DNA of 64,000 bases from the NCBI GenBank assembly GCA_002633005.1, contig NMRA01000118.1:105835-169834 (forward strand). The letters run 5' to 3'. This document shows, one piece after another, positions 12,701-27,700 of the stretch; position 1 is the stretch's first letter; the number at the start of each line of letters is the position of its first letter. The DNA comes from Phoronis australis (taxonomy: Eukaryota; Animalia; Phoronida). The notes below the pieces were generated by a model. The model searched no databases. It was given only the letters and a program-made list of their open reading frames with translations, and was not told the origin of the DNA. The position numbers and the translations under genes were made by a program.

Positions 12701-15700
12701 ATACAAAACAACACGTGAGCCATTTTAGAATCGTAAATCCGTTTAGATTCGCACGGGATGTAATAAAAACAGTTCAGTAGCTCCCTATGCATTGCAGACA
12801 TCCAAAAAGTGGGAAACAAAAACAGTATTTGAATATTGTTAGTGATGAGTCCTGTGCAAGGGAAAATGATTCCGCTCGCATTATTCATGGCGGAAATCAC
12901 ACAAAAGACACTTGCGCAGTTTTTACAATGTACTTGCCCATTGTTTCGCAAACACATGTTTTAACCGTGACTTGCTGCCAGCTCAGCATTAAATCGAAAG
13001 CCTGCTAACAACCTCCGGTTTTACTATATTAGTCTGCTCTGGTCTGCTAACTTATCATTTTAACTCCCTCGCATCATTGATTTAAAATGCCACCTCGTGT
13101 TACTTTTGACAGCTTCAACCGTCTTTCTGAAAATGCATTCTTTTCACGGCATCGGGCTTTGATCAGCACCGACAACACACTGCTCATGTGGGCCTATCAA
13201 CGAAACAGCTGAGGTCGCAACCTCGACTTCAATAAACTTGGACAGCTAGCCTTTATTAAGAATCTAGCACTTTGTAATAAAATCATGAAAAACTATATAT
13301 TTTGAGGTTTTATAGCTCTGGTCATAGTGAATATCTTCAAGAAGTCTATCCAACCCAAAGTAGACCGGAAATGCATTTTTCGGTTTTAAACTTGATCTTG
13401 TCTCTGTAAAAAGTTGCATCACTCCATTGCTAAGGCTACGTTCAACTGAACCACAACCACCTACATTTTTGATTGGTCAGAATGGACGCCAATTGTTCGC
13501 TGTAGCTTCTTTAGTCCTCATGTTGTTGGAGGGCACGACATACATGTACATGTACGTGTACGTGAATCGTAGGTTATGTGCACTCATGCATTATGTTCAT
13601 TAATCACATGTTTAAATGATGTTCTGTTTCTTATGTTGAAAATATACAAACTGTTAATGGCAAAGATCTGTAAAGTTTCGGTAAATTTGCAAAACTGACC
13701 AACAGTCCAGCACTTACCAACACAAATATTGGACTCAGAAATTTCCAACATATTCTCCAAAAAATTCCAGGAGTGAAACCCAACATGTCTTTGGCGTCCT
13801 TCTTAAATTGGTCGAGACCTGAAAAATCCTTGTTGCTACAAATCATTGTACACCATTAAGCCAGCTTGACGCGACACTTTCCGAGAGCTGTAAATGAAAC
13901 CTGCTACTAGTCGTATTGCTGTGCAACTTGACAGTATTATAAACATGCCGAGCAAAACTTTCCAGTTCGTTTTTATTTACAATTCGGTTAACGTTTAGAA
14001 ATAAAAATTGTCAAATCGACATCAAAAGGTTTGAAATTACTAGCATCCAAGTAGCGTGTTCAAACAATTTTCTGCTAAAGGGGTAATAACCCCAGTGTAC
14101 ATATCGTCGTTTAACTCTAAAATTCAAATAGGCATGTATGCAAATTGTATTTTTAAAAATTGTCCAATATAATTCATTACATTGCAATGTAACATTACTT
14201 TACATACGATGCTCAGCTAACAGAGACTGGTATCACATTTCAATTTTCGAATGAGTTGAATCTGAAGTTGTCTTTTGAGTTGATCTAGATTAAGTCATTA
14301 AGCGCACGCTCAGTGGAGCGAGTCAAGATCACTCACTGACGACAAGATGCTATCGGTACTCGTTAACCTTACCATAAAACCAGGCGACGGCTACAGCTTC
14401 AATGAATACAACAAATAGCAGTGATGTTCCCGCAGCAAATGTGTCTAGCAGCGTTAAAACATAAATGCCTCCCTGCAAAAGATTATTATTGACGTCATCA
14501 GGCATTACATTCAGACCAAGGGTGCAAATTTATTTTAGAGACAAAAGCACCCGGTTAGGATGATACACCCCCTTCTTCGCTAAAAGACACATTTGTGCTT
14601 CCAAAACCAAGTTATTTTAATTTAAGCCTTTGTAGGAATTAAACTAGTTGACAATAAAACGTGTTCATTAACTCTGCTATCCAAATATGCACTTACAGTT
14701 ACAAACCCAAGTTGACCACAGAGACTGCTTGCAGAAATAACCATCTGAAGGAAGTACCCATAAAAATATTTCCAGGTGATCAGTGCAATGGGCCCACATG
14801 CGAGGCCTGCGCACGTCTGGTACAACGTGTATCAGACCGCCTGCAATTATTTTTTTTATAAGTACCCGGTGTATGTTCAACAATAATCAACTGGCAAAAT
14901 ACCAGGGGGGGGCAGGGCAGACATTCGCACCCGCGAGCTGCCAAATGGAATCTGGGAGAATTTTAGGGGTACCATTACCCCCTTGCCCCATCTCCCCTAA
15001 ATCCGCGACTGCTTACATAAACTTTATGAAACTGGACCAGCTTTTTTGCACACTTGCCGGAGTCAGAGAAATGAGTTGTTGTGTCACGTGACCATCACGA
15101 CTGAGGAGGTGTAGCAAGGCGTCAGTGAGTGTTTGAAACGTAGAATTATCGCGGAGGAAAATGCCAGCGTAAAAGACAAAACGACATTTAGAATTGGCTC
15201 GGAGAGAAGTAAGCGATAAAATCTCTGTACTCGGCTAAGATGTGTGTTCAAATTTCAAAGTAGCTGAGAAACTTTTTTTAGAGTTTTCTAAGCTGCGCTA
15301 CATCCGAAAACCGCCGAGACAGCTAACAAGCGTTTTCTCGAGCAATGACATTTCTAAAAATAACTTACGGCCTTAGTTTAATGTTTGAGTATCACCTACA
15401 ATCCTTTGTGAATCCTACGGATGACGAAGGGCAATATTTTAACGCACACAAATCGTCTCTCGAGTTCAAAATAACGCCACTGTCAGAACTGAATAAGTCA
15501 GTGTAGGCCAATCACTCCAGTAACCTTCAGAATTTATGCCGGGGTTATTTACTTGAGTATAATGCACGTGCTGAAGTTTATTAGGACTGTTTCTCGATCG
15601 CTTTCCACTATTAACTGTACAGTCGAAGCACACATAACTAGTAGAATTAAATCATACAGTTAGTATTATATACTAGCGGTTCATGCCAATAGGTCCGTCC

Positions 15701-18700
15701 CGGATTACACAGCGACACTAGAATCTAGCTGTATTTACCCACAATGCCGTAAACATTCGTCAGACACATTCGCTGCCTCGTTTTCGAGCCACTGGAGTTT
15801 CACATATTATTTGTTGTTGTCTGATTCTGAACAAGTTTTTCTCTGTTGCATTACTCAATTCGTTCTTCCTATGCTAACGATGTCTTAAGTGTTGTGTTGA
15901 GGGCTGCAACACCGGCGTGAAAAAGTTTTATAAACTGGACAAATACCCGTGGATGTGTGATCTAAAATTCTTTGCCTTCCCGACATTAATGAGAGACAGG
16001 AGAATGCGCCTGATTTCAAAAACTAGATCACGTACATTCTTATTTCCATAATAACGGCGAATAAAAGTCATCTATAATGCATACAAACATCTACTGTTGA
16101 GTGACAATATCTGGCGAGTGCAGTTTTCAAATGCATATTCTATGCTACTGTTACTGAGTGCCGAAGCGTGTCAGTTTGCGTTGTTTCCAGGAATAGTGAT
16201 GAAAAATGCATGGAAAACTATGCCTCGACATTGTTGTTCTCAATGCAGAATAAAGAATCGTTATCAGATAAATACATGCAAGGTTGGTTACATTTAATTC
16301 AACCGACATCACAACAGTCGCGTTTCAGATTACACTCTTTCCAAGAATCTTCATGAAAAAATGCTTGAAAACAGTGTCTCGGAGTTTGTTGTTCTCAATG
16401 CAGGGTAAAGAATCGTTATCCGATAAATACATATGTACAAAGACGTTCTCTTGCGCTACACAAGGTTGTTGCATTCAATTCAACTGACATTACAATAGTC
16501 GCATTTCAGTTTGCGTTCTTTCCAAGGATCGTCATGAAAAAATATTTGAAATGCTATTCCCAGAAATTGTTGTTCGCAATGCTGGGTAAAGAGTTGTTAT
16601 AAGTTTTCTGTGTTTTTGCTTCTTTGACCCCGTTATCCTCAGAAATTTCTGGCAATATTTCCAATTTCTATTTATTATTATTATTACTGAGACCATGGAT
16701 GAGTTAATCCATAACAAAAACTATTTCACTGTCCAGCAGCTTCTATAATTTTCACACTACCACAAAAATGAGATTTCATATTAAAATTTTACACTGATTT
16801 TGAGCGAAAACTGATGTGCCCGACTCTTAAATTATTTATCAGAGTAGGAATTGTTTAAACTACATTTTAATAATATAACATAAGAAAGTAAACTGCAACG
16901 CATAGTATGATCCAAATCCGTGACATAGGGTGTATCATCCATTTATGGCTTTTTGTCTGGTCTGCAGTGCACTGCACTCTTAAGATAGGAAACTGGTTGG
17001 TATTCTCATCCGAATGTGTGAATGAATGAGCTTATGAAAAACTAACGTTCATTGCACTGCAGTCATGATGTGAATAAAAGAATGAAAAGAAAAAACAAGA
17101 AATTGTGGTTTTAATATGGGTGTGCCGTCTGTATTCGTCTTTTTATCCGTTTTATTCATAAAAGGTACTTAGTCGGCACGCATCTGTTTGCAAATTTTAT
17201 AATGAACACGCGATTTACTCCGTGGATGGGCGGACACAGGTTATCACTGACCGGTGTTTAGCAGCTTTCGGTGCGACGATAGGCTGAAGACAGGTTCGAA
17301 TTAATCACTTTATTAATTTCGGCCGCACGTACTCAAGTCTACTCAAACAAAACGTACTACGTAATGTTTGTTCTATGCTGCAGCTAGTTCTGCAAAACCT
17401 TGACCATTGGCGGATCCAGGATTTTGAGTTGGGGGGCGGGGCAGAGTATTAGCAAGGAATTTTCCCGTCAGACACTTACACCCCGAGTTCCCAAATTCAC
17501 TGTGGGAGAATTTTTGGGGGGCCATGGCCCCCTTTGCCCCCTTCTACATCCACCATTGCGCAAGAACATCGCCAAAGGAGCTCGTGCGACCACGTGGCTC
17601 GGTTGCAACACGAAGTTCGCGTGTTCTTGCCATTTCGCGAGATTCTCACCTCTACGGAACCTATGCCAAGTGGCGAGACTGGCTTGTACGCGAAACAGCT
17701 CATCAAGAACTATCAAACAACATGGCGTGGAAATCGATATTTTGTGAATCCACAAAAATAGTTCAGAAACGAACCGCATTAAATCGAGATTGAAGGATTT
17801 AACGTTTTTAAAACTAAAATAGCTTTCTTTATTTTGAACATTTCACTGCAAACTCCCTAAAAATCTGGTTGCCGTACGCGAATGACAAATCAGTTGCCTA
17901 GGAAACTACGGCATAGGAAACACTTCGAAAATCTGTAGCAGATATTAGGAAACAATACGCAAAGCAAGAAACGAGTAGTGTTTTTTATTAAAAGTAGTCT
18001 GTCGCCTTCACTTCAACGCCCATGTTTACAGAGCCAGTATAAGGTCTTACTAGTAATCGGGGAACCCTGGTAGAGAGGCTGTCGCCTACGGTCGCCAAAC
18101 GTACACCCCTGCGATTGCTACACTTTTCTAACTACCTCTTGCTCTTCACAATTCCCAGTGGTCAGCGCAATGTTTCCAAACTCTCTTTGATTGCCATCAT
18201 TTTCGAAGGGCCCCTGAGTTGTACTGGACCTATTTTCTGTAGCTTATTAAGCAAGCGGTATGTTCAGGCACTGCCGACACTCGAAAGCTTAGACTTTTTT
18301 TACAGATGTGGCCACCAATCACATGTATACATGTAGCTGTTCGCGCTTAATTTCAGATATTATTTCATAAAAATGGCCCTTGCTTTCCGATTGCCATGCT
18401 GTTTCTCGGCGCATGAAATGATAACCTAAAAGTCACTTTATTGACCTCTCTTCTATGCACTGACAAATGGCCAGTGTTTCCTTGTGACCATTAGACTGGG
18501 CTGCACAGGTTTTCAGAAGCAACAACAAACTACTTACATACGTAGTACACATCAAAGAGATCAGACAGGCTGCGAAGACAATAATGGCGGTCAAAACCAC
18601 GTGACCGTAGCGAACGTTACTGAGTGGCCTTCTCAGTACATCTTCAATGCCCGTAACCACGGAATGGAGGCCTCCCAACTGCAACAAAATTAGATTAGAA

Positions 18701-21700
18701 ATTCAGGAAACACCGTTGAGAGTTTAAGCCAGCATGTGTACATGTACCAGTAGATAACGTTTCCCTGTATTTGTTTATTTGTTTCTGAGCTACGGGTAAA
18801 CCATTTCTGCTCAAGATTACTTAATCCATGGTGAGCGCAAGGTCGAGGGTTTCGTAGACGTAAGACACTCTCAAGCAAAGATAGTGTGATCACGTGCTTC
18901 GTTCATAATGCATGGTGAAATTCTGCAATGGCTTGCGCGATCTCTCTTTCCACGCAGCTAATAAATTATTACTGCTCTTTGTACGTGGCCAGGCAGCACG
19001 CAGGTATCACGCAGTGGCACGCGCTTTAGCATTGGTTGATGTAACCTCAGCAGTCATTGGTTAGCTTTCCAACACTGTGAAAAAAGGGCGAACTGTGAAT
19101 GATTTTTAGCTTTGTCATGCAAGTGGCGTCGCAGCAACTATTTTTCGTTTCTGCAATGATGTTTAATAGCCGCGTGCTTGAAGCACATACATGTACAATA
19201 AACACATATCTGGCCGATTTAGCCGATGTGTCTTTCATACTGTATGAATACAGGACAGTATCGTAAACAAAATTCGACTAGCCAATCAGAAACGCCGGTG
19301 TAAAAAAATTTCCCGAGGGAAAATTAAATGATACCTGACCACCTAGCGGAACGCAGAGAATTAGCGAGATATTACTGGAACCTACTATATATCTTGGTAA
19401 TTTTAGTTTTTGGCTGAGATACGGTTTCAAGGTGTACTTAATTCTGGGCACTTATCACTCAAGGTATGTATTTAAACCTACTGTGCGTGTATGGATATGT
19501 TTGTTGGGTCATCAAGTTATTTTATATCTGCCAGTGCTATGTTGTCACGTTGGCTGTCTTCACCAAAAGCATTGTAAACTCGATCACTTGTTCGATTACA
19601 TTAGATTAGAAGTCATCTGTTAGCATGGTCACCGAATAATGACTTACCGAACTGTCAATCCCGAGCATGACCACCATTAGAAAGAAGATAATTGACCAGA
19701 CCGTCGGTACCGGTAACGTCTTTATTGCCTCCGGGTAGACAACGAACACCAAGCCCGGCCCTAAAGAGCGAGTAAATTTGATCTGAGCAGTTGTGTCCTG
19801 TCTAAGGTGACGCTTCTGCATCAATGTATTATGACTTAATTCGCGTTCCGAATTTCCTCTACCCTCACCTGTTTCCCCTCTTGTCTAGTATCCCTCATTT
19901 CCTCCCTCTAAGCCCCTTCTCACCATCGCGTCTCTCGCCTACTCTCCCCTGCTTCCCATCCATTCACTCCACCTTCATTCCTTTTTCGCCGTTCATTCTT
20001 CCCAACAAGCACTATCTTTTCTCCTTACTCTCCCCCTCTCCCTTCTGTCTAGCTCACGCTTTTCCTGGTCCTTCCTTCCGGCATCTTCCCTCCATCACCT
20101 CCCACCCCTTTCTTCCCCTCATCCCTTCTACCATCTGCTTTTCTCGTATTTACCTCCCCTGCCTTCCCTCTTACATCCCTCTATCTCTTCTTCACTCTTC
20201 AATACTCTCTCCCCATTCTACTTTCATTCTTCTGTTATGTAGTTGCTGACTTACCATCAGTCGCCACTGTTTCAATGTCAACCTTCTGACTGGCTGCCAT
20301 GTAGCCCAGATACGCGAAGATGACAAATCCGGATAGAAGGCTTGTCAAACTATTTACTATGACCGTGATGATGACGTCCCTGGACAATAGTTGACAAATA
20401 AAACTCAAATCTCTGCTTTACATGAGACGTTCAGACACTTAACAAATGCGCTGAAGGGCGCCGTTTTACTTTCGAAAGACAAATTTATCTTAAAACCAAT
20501 GACACGTAACACGTAATCAGTTACTTACTAATTGCCATACTGTAAGTTGTATGTTAATATTTAACATGTGCTCTCCATTAAAAATTCTTGATATTTACGA
20601 ATAATAAACTATTTAGCTTAATAGCAAGGGATTAGTAAGTAGCAAATTTCCTCGTTCAAAAAATTTATAATTAGCCAGAGCAATTAAATATCCTGCTTTG
20701 CTAACGCGGAGAGTGTTTTGTTACAAATGTGGTGCCGTAGGCGAGCTGCATCAACATAGCATTCAAAGTAAAAGGCAACCATATTGATGAAATGACTAAT
20801 CCAGCCCTTGTTGTGTGGACCAGGCGATCAGTCTTCGTTGCTATGTTACATGGTGTCATCTTATCCACGAATCACAAGTCATAAGAGTCCGACATCTTAC
20901 ATGTGTCAGGCAAAAGGTAAGCCGGGAAGGAGACAAGCCCATGAGTTTTGAAGCAAACAAGTTAGCACCTATGGCAAGTCTTTGCCCACTACTAATCTGC
21001 AAACAATATATGAAGGTCGCCGCATTTGTTGTTCGGGCACTACTGCCGAAACAGAGAGCTATGAAATTGACATGTATCCTAGAAAAACCACCTCTAATTC
21101 AATCAAGTATTGAAATACTTTTAAAACTGATTAATTTCGTTGTACGATGATAGTTTTATGTTGACTGGTGTGTATTTTCTGGTGTGCTGATTTTCTTACG
21201 TCGGCGTAAGCGATTTTTCTGGATTTTGAGTACCAAACATTTTAGTTTTGGATTCTATACAAAGAAGTTATAGCGCAATTTTTCCTTTTGCTTACTTGGG
21301 TATTTTCATAACTCCTGATCTGTTGTCTTTCAGAAAATATGTACTGTAACTAGTTGACACAATCTATGTTTTCTTGTAACTGCCATTGAATTGACGGTCA
21401 CCATGCGCTGGGACGGAATGACAGTCAGGACCGGTCAGCGACTGATTTTTAAGAGTTTTATTCGTTAAAATTCTGAACGTTCTTCGTGCCAACGAATGTA
21501 ACGTACTGTCAAGGAAAAAAATCCTGCCTGATTTTGTTGCGATGAGAGACCTCGCTTCGACTCAAGCAAGTATTCAGTCTTGAATGGAATATTTAATCCA
21601 AAACTATTTTAGTTAGTGTGGCGCGAGTCACTATTCATATTCTGATGTCCATTGTGACGTCTACTTGATGCCATCTGTTGGCTATTCATTGAGTTCTATG

Positions 21701-24700
21701 GAGACCTCGTGGTTTGAGTCAGTCTTGAATCGGAGTTTGTGAACTGAGTGGGGCTGTATCGTTGGTATAAGCACAATATATGATTGTACTGCAGTCATTG
21801 GTCTTATTATTTATTTGTAAAATGCGAGCCCGTGACATTAGTCTAAAAAGATCGGGAATAAAATAATGAAAAATGTACTGGTTGGGCGGTAAAAGATATA
21901 TGCTACATAGACGAACCTCCGTACCCATGAATGTATGGATGTATGTATGTAATGCGCGATTGCATCTTTGTAGACCTAATGAAATAACTGTTGGTCAGAA
22001 ATTAACGAACTTACCTGTAACAATTGTTGTGGAACTTATTATAGCTGGCGTAGGATAAATGGACCCCAAATCCGGCTCCGATAGAGTAGAAAATTTGGAA
22101 ACAAGCGTCAATCCATACCTATAATGTCAAGTGTTCAATTTGTTTGGTTTGGTGGCTATTTCAATGACATCATTTTAATGAGTAATTTGCTGATGGCATT
22201 GACTGCATTTGTCATAGTCGGTCTTACTGCCTGGCTAAGACCGTGACATCTGGGTAGAGTTTCGTAAAATCCTGATAATGAAGCTAGTGTGATCACGTGA
22301 TTCGATTGTAATACCGGGCTCAATAACGCTTAGCGCCGGTAACGTAAACTCATCAAGTGCGACTTGGTGAAATTACCAGGTCGCCAAATGGGAAAGGAGG
22401 TCGCCTAATTCTGTTGGAAAGAGTCGAAACTGAGTGAAACGAGATGCGTTAGATCAATGGCTCACGAACTGGGCAAATGTTCAACAGCCCGGCGTTTTTT
22501 TGGGGAGGAACGAAAAATTAATAGCCCAATATCCCGCGCGTAGGTACACCTCCTGGGGCAGGCTAACACGATCAGACCGTTCCGAGGTTTGAAGAACGAT
22601 TCCTGCTTCCAACTGCTTGCTTGCTGTAGCATATTTGAGTGCGTAATCGGATGTGGCGTGGTAAGGTTTTTATCAGGTCGCCAAATCGAGCCCAGTAATA
22701 CATGGCGACATCTAAAGCGCATTCGTTGCTTTTTCCCTAAATTCTCGCCTCGACGGAACGCGCCACGCCTGATTTTCAGTGACGACTGCCGGCTTACAGA
22801 ACAATGAGATGATGAGATGTCTTGGCCGATTTACCTAACGGAACTGGCGAGTTCAATCAAGTTCAGCCATTGCACTGACTACCGGGAATTTCAAAAACTG
22901 CTCTACAAAGAAAATACTCCCACGAGCACAATTTCAGTCTCGTTCTACAGACGATTTCTTCCAAGATGTTGAAAATATACCCATTCAAAATACAAGCAGG
23001 TTTCCATTTTGGGAAAAAGTCTTTCAAATGTTGTACGATGAATCTGCTTCCATCGAATGTAGCTGTATTTGTAACAGGCACTCCAATGTATACGATGGGT
23101 CAATCTTATTAGACGGGAGCCACGTGATCAGTGAACTGACAAAAACATTCTTATAGTGGTAACATAGACGACCTTCAAATTACAACGTTCTGGAACTATA
23201 CGGAACGGAGCAGATAAATTGTATTTTTTTTTACGGCAGAATGATGAATAACCGTAAAGGTCTGGGGGGGCTTTCCAAATCCTTTTCCCCCTCTTCCTCG
23301 ATTTTTAAATCTATTTTCCACTGCACTTAAATTATAAGGTTCTGTAATAAAACCAATTCTAAGCCAAACGAATTTAACTTATTTATAAGTTTATTTTTTT
23401 TCAATTTCTAGTGGTACGGTTAAATGAAGCTAAGCTGCTATTTTGTGAACTTAGAAGAATTTATCGTTAATTTCAAAGTCATTGTTTACAGAATATTTTG
23501 TTGCTTTATCTACATATTTTCATGTAGCTGGGACACTCTCAAACCATTGGAAATTAAAGTAAATTATATATTAAAAGTTCAACTCACGAATGGGCTGACT
23601 AATTGGTCTATTTGAGGCCTGATGAAATAAAGAATGCCGTCGACAGCGCCCTCTAGTTGTACTCCGTTGATCAATAGTACTGTAAGGAGTATGTAGGGAA
23701 CAGTGGCAGTGACCCAAACGACCTGAAAACAGCTGATCATGACAATTGACGCAATCATTTGAATAGCAACTGATGACCACCGTTCAAGGAATATAAATTT
23801 TCTAAGACATCTATGCAATTAATTCGCTATATGTATGCAAACAATAACCAGCCTTAATGGTCGATTATCATCACACGTGTTCGACCAAAACACTCGGAAA
23901 AAGGAAAATAACCAGTACGGTATTTTACAAAATCAATGCGTAGGATACGTACCTTGATAGAAAATATACTCTGTGACATAACGCTTACGCACCTTTCCGG
24001 ATGAACGTACTCCACGACATAACGCCAAGAACAGAATGGTAAATACTAGGACAGTGCATAAGGCGAGTGGCCATCGAGGGATGCCAAGATCTGTTAAACC
24101 ACTGCTGCGATGTACCTCTAACACAGCACGACTGAAAGCGAGATTTAGACATTTGTAATCCACACGATTCAATCGTAGAAATATTGTACATGTTGCTTTA
24201 GTAAAGCAACATGTACAATATTTCTATTGGAAAACACATTTTACCTCTGGAAACAGGGACGGGTCAGGGATTTAAGTAAGGGGGCCCACGTACACTGATC
24301 TGTACAAGTATGTAAAGTCAACCAAAACGTTTTCATGTGACACATGTGTAAGGAACACCCCTTCACTGAGCCAAAAGGCCCTCCACATCAACGTGAGAAG
24401 TGAACCCATTGGAGGAAAGCTGACATTTATAAAGGACGATAGGGCTGGCTTACAATGAGCTCTAAAATACATGATATAAAATGTCCATATTCCTATCAGT
24501 GGCAGACACTGGTACTGGGCTAAGTAGCTTTCGCCGCAACATATCACGACTCGAATTAACGCCTTCACTGAGAATGAACAGAGAATTCGATGTAAATGGA
24601 AATACAAATCGCCTCAACCGAGACCACCTTCAACAAAACTTTATAACAGTTGGAGTTCCTATTACGTTTGACTGCAAAAAAGGTGGTGTGTCAGTGATAT

Positions 24701-27700
24701 CAATGCTTGTGTGATTATGTAAAATACTGTTTGACATTATCTCACGACCACACACTGTATGTACCTTACCATTTGAATGCTTTTCAATTGATGGAGATGT
24801 CAATAGATAGCTCTCAGTGTACACGAAGTGTATTCAAGTTGTTGTTCGTTTCATTTGCAAGATACTATCACGACCCAACGGGTGTAACCAGGTGTCGAAA
24901 TCACAATATTCTTACAATAAAACTGAACTCGAGGATGGTCAGAAAACATTAATCAAAGCAATATTCATGGGTTTTGCATTGTTACGGTCATTCGGAGCAA
25001 CATATTGCAGGCCGCATTGTTCACTGGCTGAGTGGTCATGAATGTAAAGAAACCCGAAAAAATTGTCGCGCATGAATCATGAAGGTCTCGCCAAATCGAA
25101 ACATGAAATAAAGCAGGGCCCACTCATATCGACACAAGGTGCTCGCTTGTGAGGATTTAAATCGTTTACTGTCCTAGCAACCAAATATCACCGTGAGTTA
25201 GGTGACTTGTGCTGTGAACACGATTACATTGGTACGGCACTAGACTACACTACAGGTGTGGACACCATTAGGTATAAAGTGACCCAGTCTGCCACTGACC
25301 TCCTACCTTGGTTCAGACTAACGATCGATTAAATTTTAATTTTGACCTGGCTGTGAAACAATAGTTTGAAAGCTAACATGAACCCATCCTCCATCACAAA
25401 AAACAACTTTTGATTAAGACCACTTACGGCTATGAAATTGGTCCCAAACTATTTCTTGGCAAATTTCAGGCGATTAAAGGGCTTCACAGCATTGCTTGTG
25501 GCTAGGTACAATGTAATACAAATTGGCTTTCCGCAACTTGTCATTCTGTATTCTGAGTAATGTCTCGTAGAATAACGATTTATGAGTTCTTTGAAAGTCC
25601 ACAAATTACTTCCCATCTCAGTAAGGGACAAGTTTAGACCGATTTTATATCGGTGAAAGTTCTAAATCAACAGTTTGCTTCTCTGACGGAATACGGATTT
25701 ATAACTGGCTAAACTGTGTGATTACCATTAAGGAGAAGTATGTGTTAAGAGTTCTAAAGACACGCCACGGCTACGATAGTGCCATCCTGGGAGTCGAGAA
25801 ATCTTTCAGAATCGTTTTGTGAGAAATGTGTGCAAAATATTGTGGCAATTTCAGATCTTTAAAAGAACCGCTGAGACCCTGAACGTTGTAGCCACGTGAC
25901 TGCGATACTCGCCGATGTCGACTTCGCGGCAGTCGCCAGTCGGGTTAATCTTTGTTTGTTGTAATGCGTGTTACGATACTTGACGTCACTCGGGATCTTT
26001 TCGTACATCAAAGCAGTAGGCCTATTATTGTTTGGAATGATTTCTAACAGGTTTATCAGTGACAGTTACATCAATGAATGCTGAATGTTTAACTCGATAT
26101 TGGTTAGTGAGATAACAATCCAAGCCCAATGCCATGGCAAAGGGTACGTAAACATACATTAGACTATTTGTTTACTCCCTATACTATGTCTTCCTGAAAT
26201 TTATCACACGTTGAAATGAAAATCTATCATGTCTGTTTTCACGTGACCCTTGGTTTTTAGGTTTGAGGGCTTGTACCGTGCAGAGATATGCATCGCTTCT
26301 GCATCGATCCTGAATGGACAAAAAATGGTTTTAAGCAATTGACTGCAGCTAACCAGCAAGATCTTCTCATCCAGTGTAGATCTGTTTTTAAAGCCTACTT
26401 TCTTCATCAGAGACAACGAACGAGCTTTGTTACTCCTTTCTATTCCCACAGCATTTCCACACAACATAAGTGCTGCATGGTGCAACGTACATGTCAGTGG
26501 CCCTGGTAAAATGTGAATCGCAGTACGAAGTTACCTTAATACAACGTGTTGTTTGTGTATGAAGAGGAACTATGACTGACTGCTACACATGTCAGCCTTG
26601 TTGGTGAGGATGCNAAAACTACTTTAGTAAGGCAGAACATACTTCACGTTTCATCTTCATGTTTATATGTAGAAAATAACCAAAGTCAACCTTAAGATCT
26701 GAATTTAACTATGTGAAACAGGCTAAAAGTTATTTAATAATTTGTATTTTTAACGACATCTGAAATGTGCATCTGACCTCAACAAGTTAAATTCATTCTA
26801 GGTGTGAATTTTCATTCCAATGCAATGTTATGACGTTTACTGAATAGCTTATTCATGTTAATTCGGTAATTAATCTGGTAGTCCTGGGGGTGGGGTCCGC
26901 TATAAAATAAGGAAACTCTCTCATCTAGAGAATTTTATTGTATATAGCCTAACTTTGAAGAGAAACTGCTGTGAAAAAGTAACCCTTGACTTCTGAGCGT
27001 CACGTACCATACACCTCTTAAATTGGGCGCATTCCCGCCCCTGGAGGACAATACGTGAATATGTGCTGCTAGCCCCCACCCGGCATCCGAGTCCTGGATG
27101 AGTTTCCGAAAAGAAACGCTTAGTTCCACTCAATAAACCCGTTATTCAGTGGGGTAACTAGTGAGGATAGCATCACCAAACGATGTCGATAGAAACTTGA
27201 TTGCTAAAAACTTACGGGCAAGTAACGTTATGTAGTCTCCCAAGGGGGCTTCGGCATCCACACACTTTTTGTCAGTTGGTTGACCCTTTTGACCGCAATG
27301 CTCCACGAGTGTAGTAGCCTTAGGTCTTTTTTAGGTAATTTGTGACCACCTGTCGAAGACTTGCACCAGGGAAAATGGCAATAATAAGGCTTTGCGCGAC
27401 GACGTATTTTGATAACAATTCGTCTTTTTACCAGCTGTTTACATGCAGACAGCGACGCATGCGCAATTCAATCACCACTAGTACAGCAGCGACACCGCGA
27501 GGAGAATTCTCCGAATAGCCCCATTCGTTTCATATTTTGTGTTCACTTCCAAACTACGAAAATTTTTCTTAGACTTATTACCTTTGGTTTACAGTTGTTC
27601 CGTTTATTTCGTGAAATCATTTGCTACCACAGCAGTCAGCACAAATCAAACGCGCTTCAATTACAGGAAGTAAACAGATAGAAGTCGGAGTTGTTCGGCA

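Noticed and set aside
19824-20249. 141-aa Pro/Ser/Leu/Phe-rich plus-strand ORF
   Set aside because: Artefact of the polypyrimidine tract, which lacks stop codons; antisense to an intron
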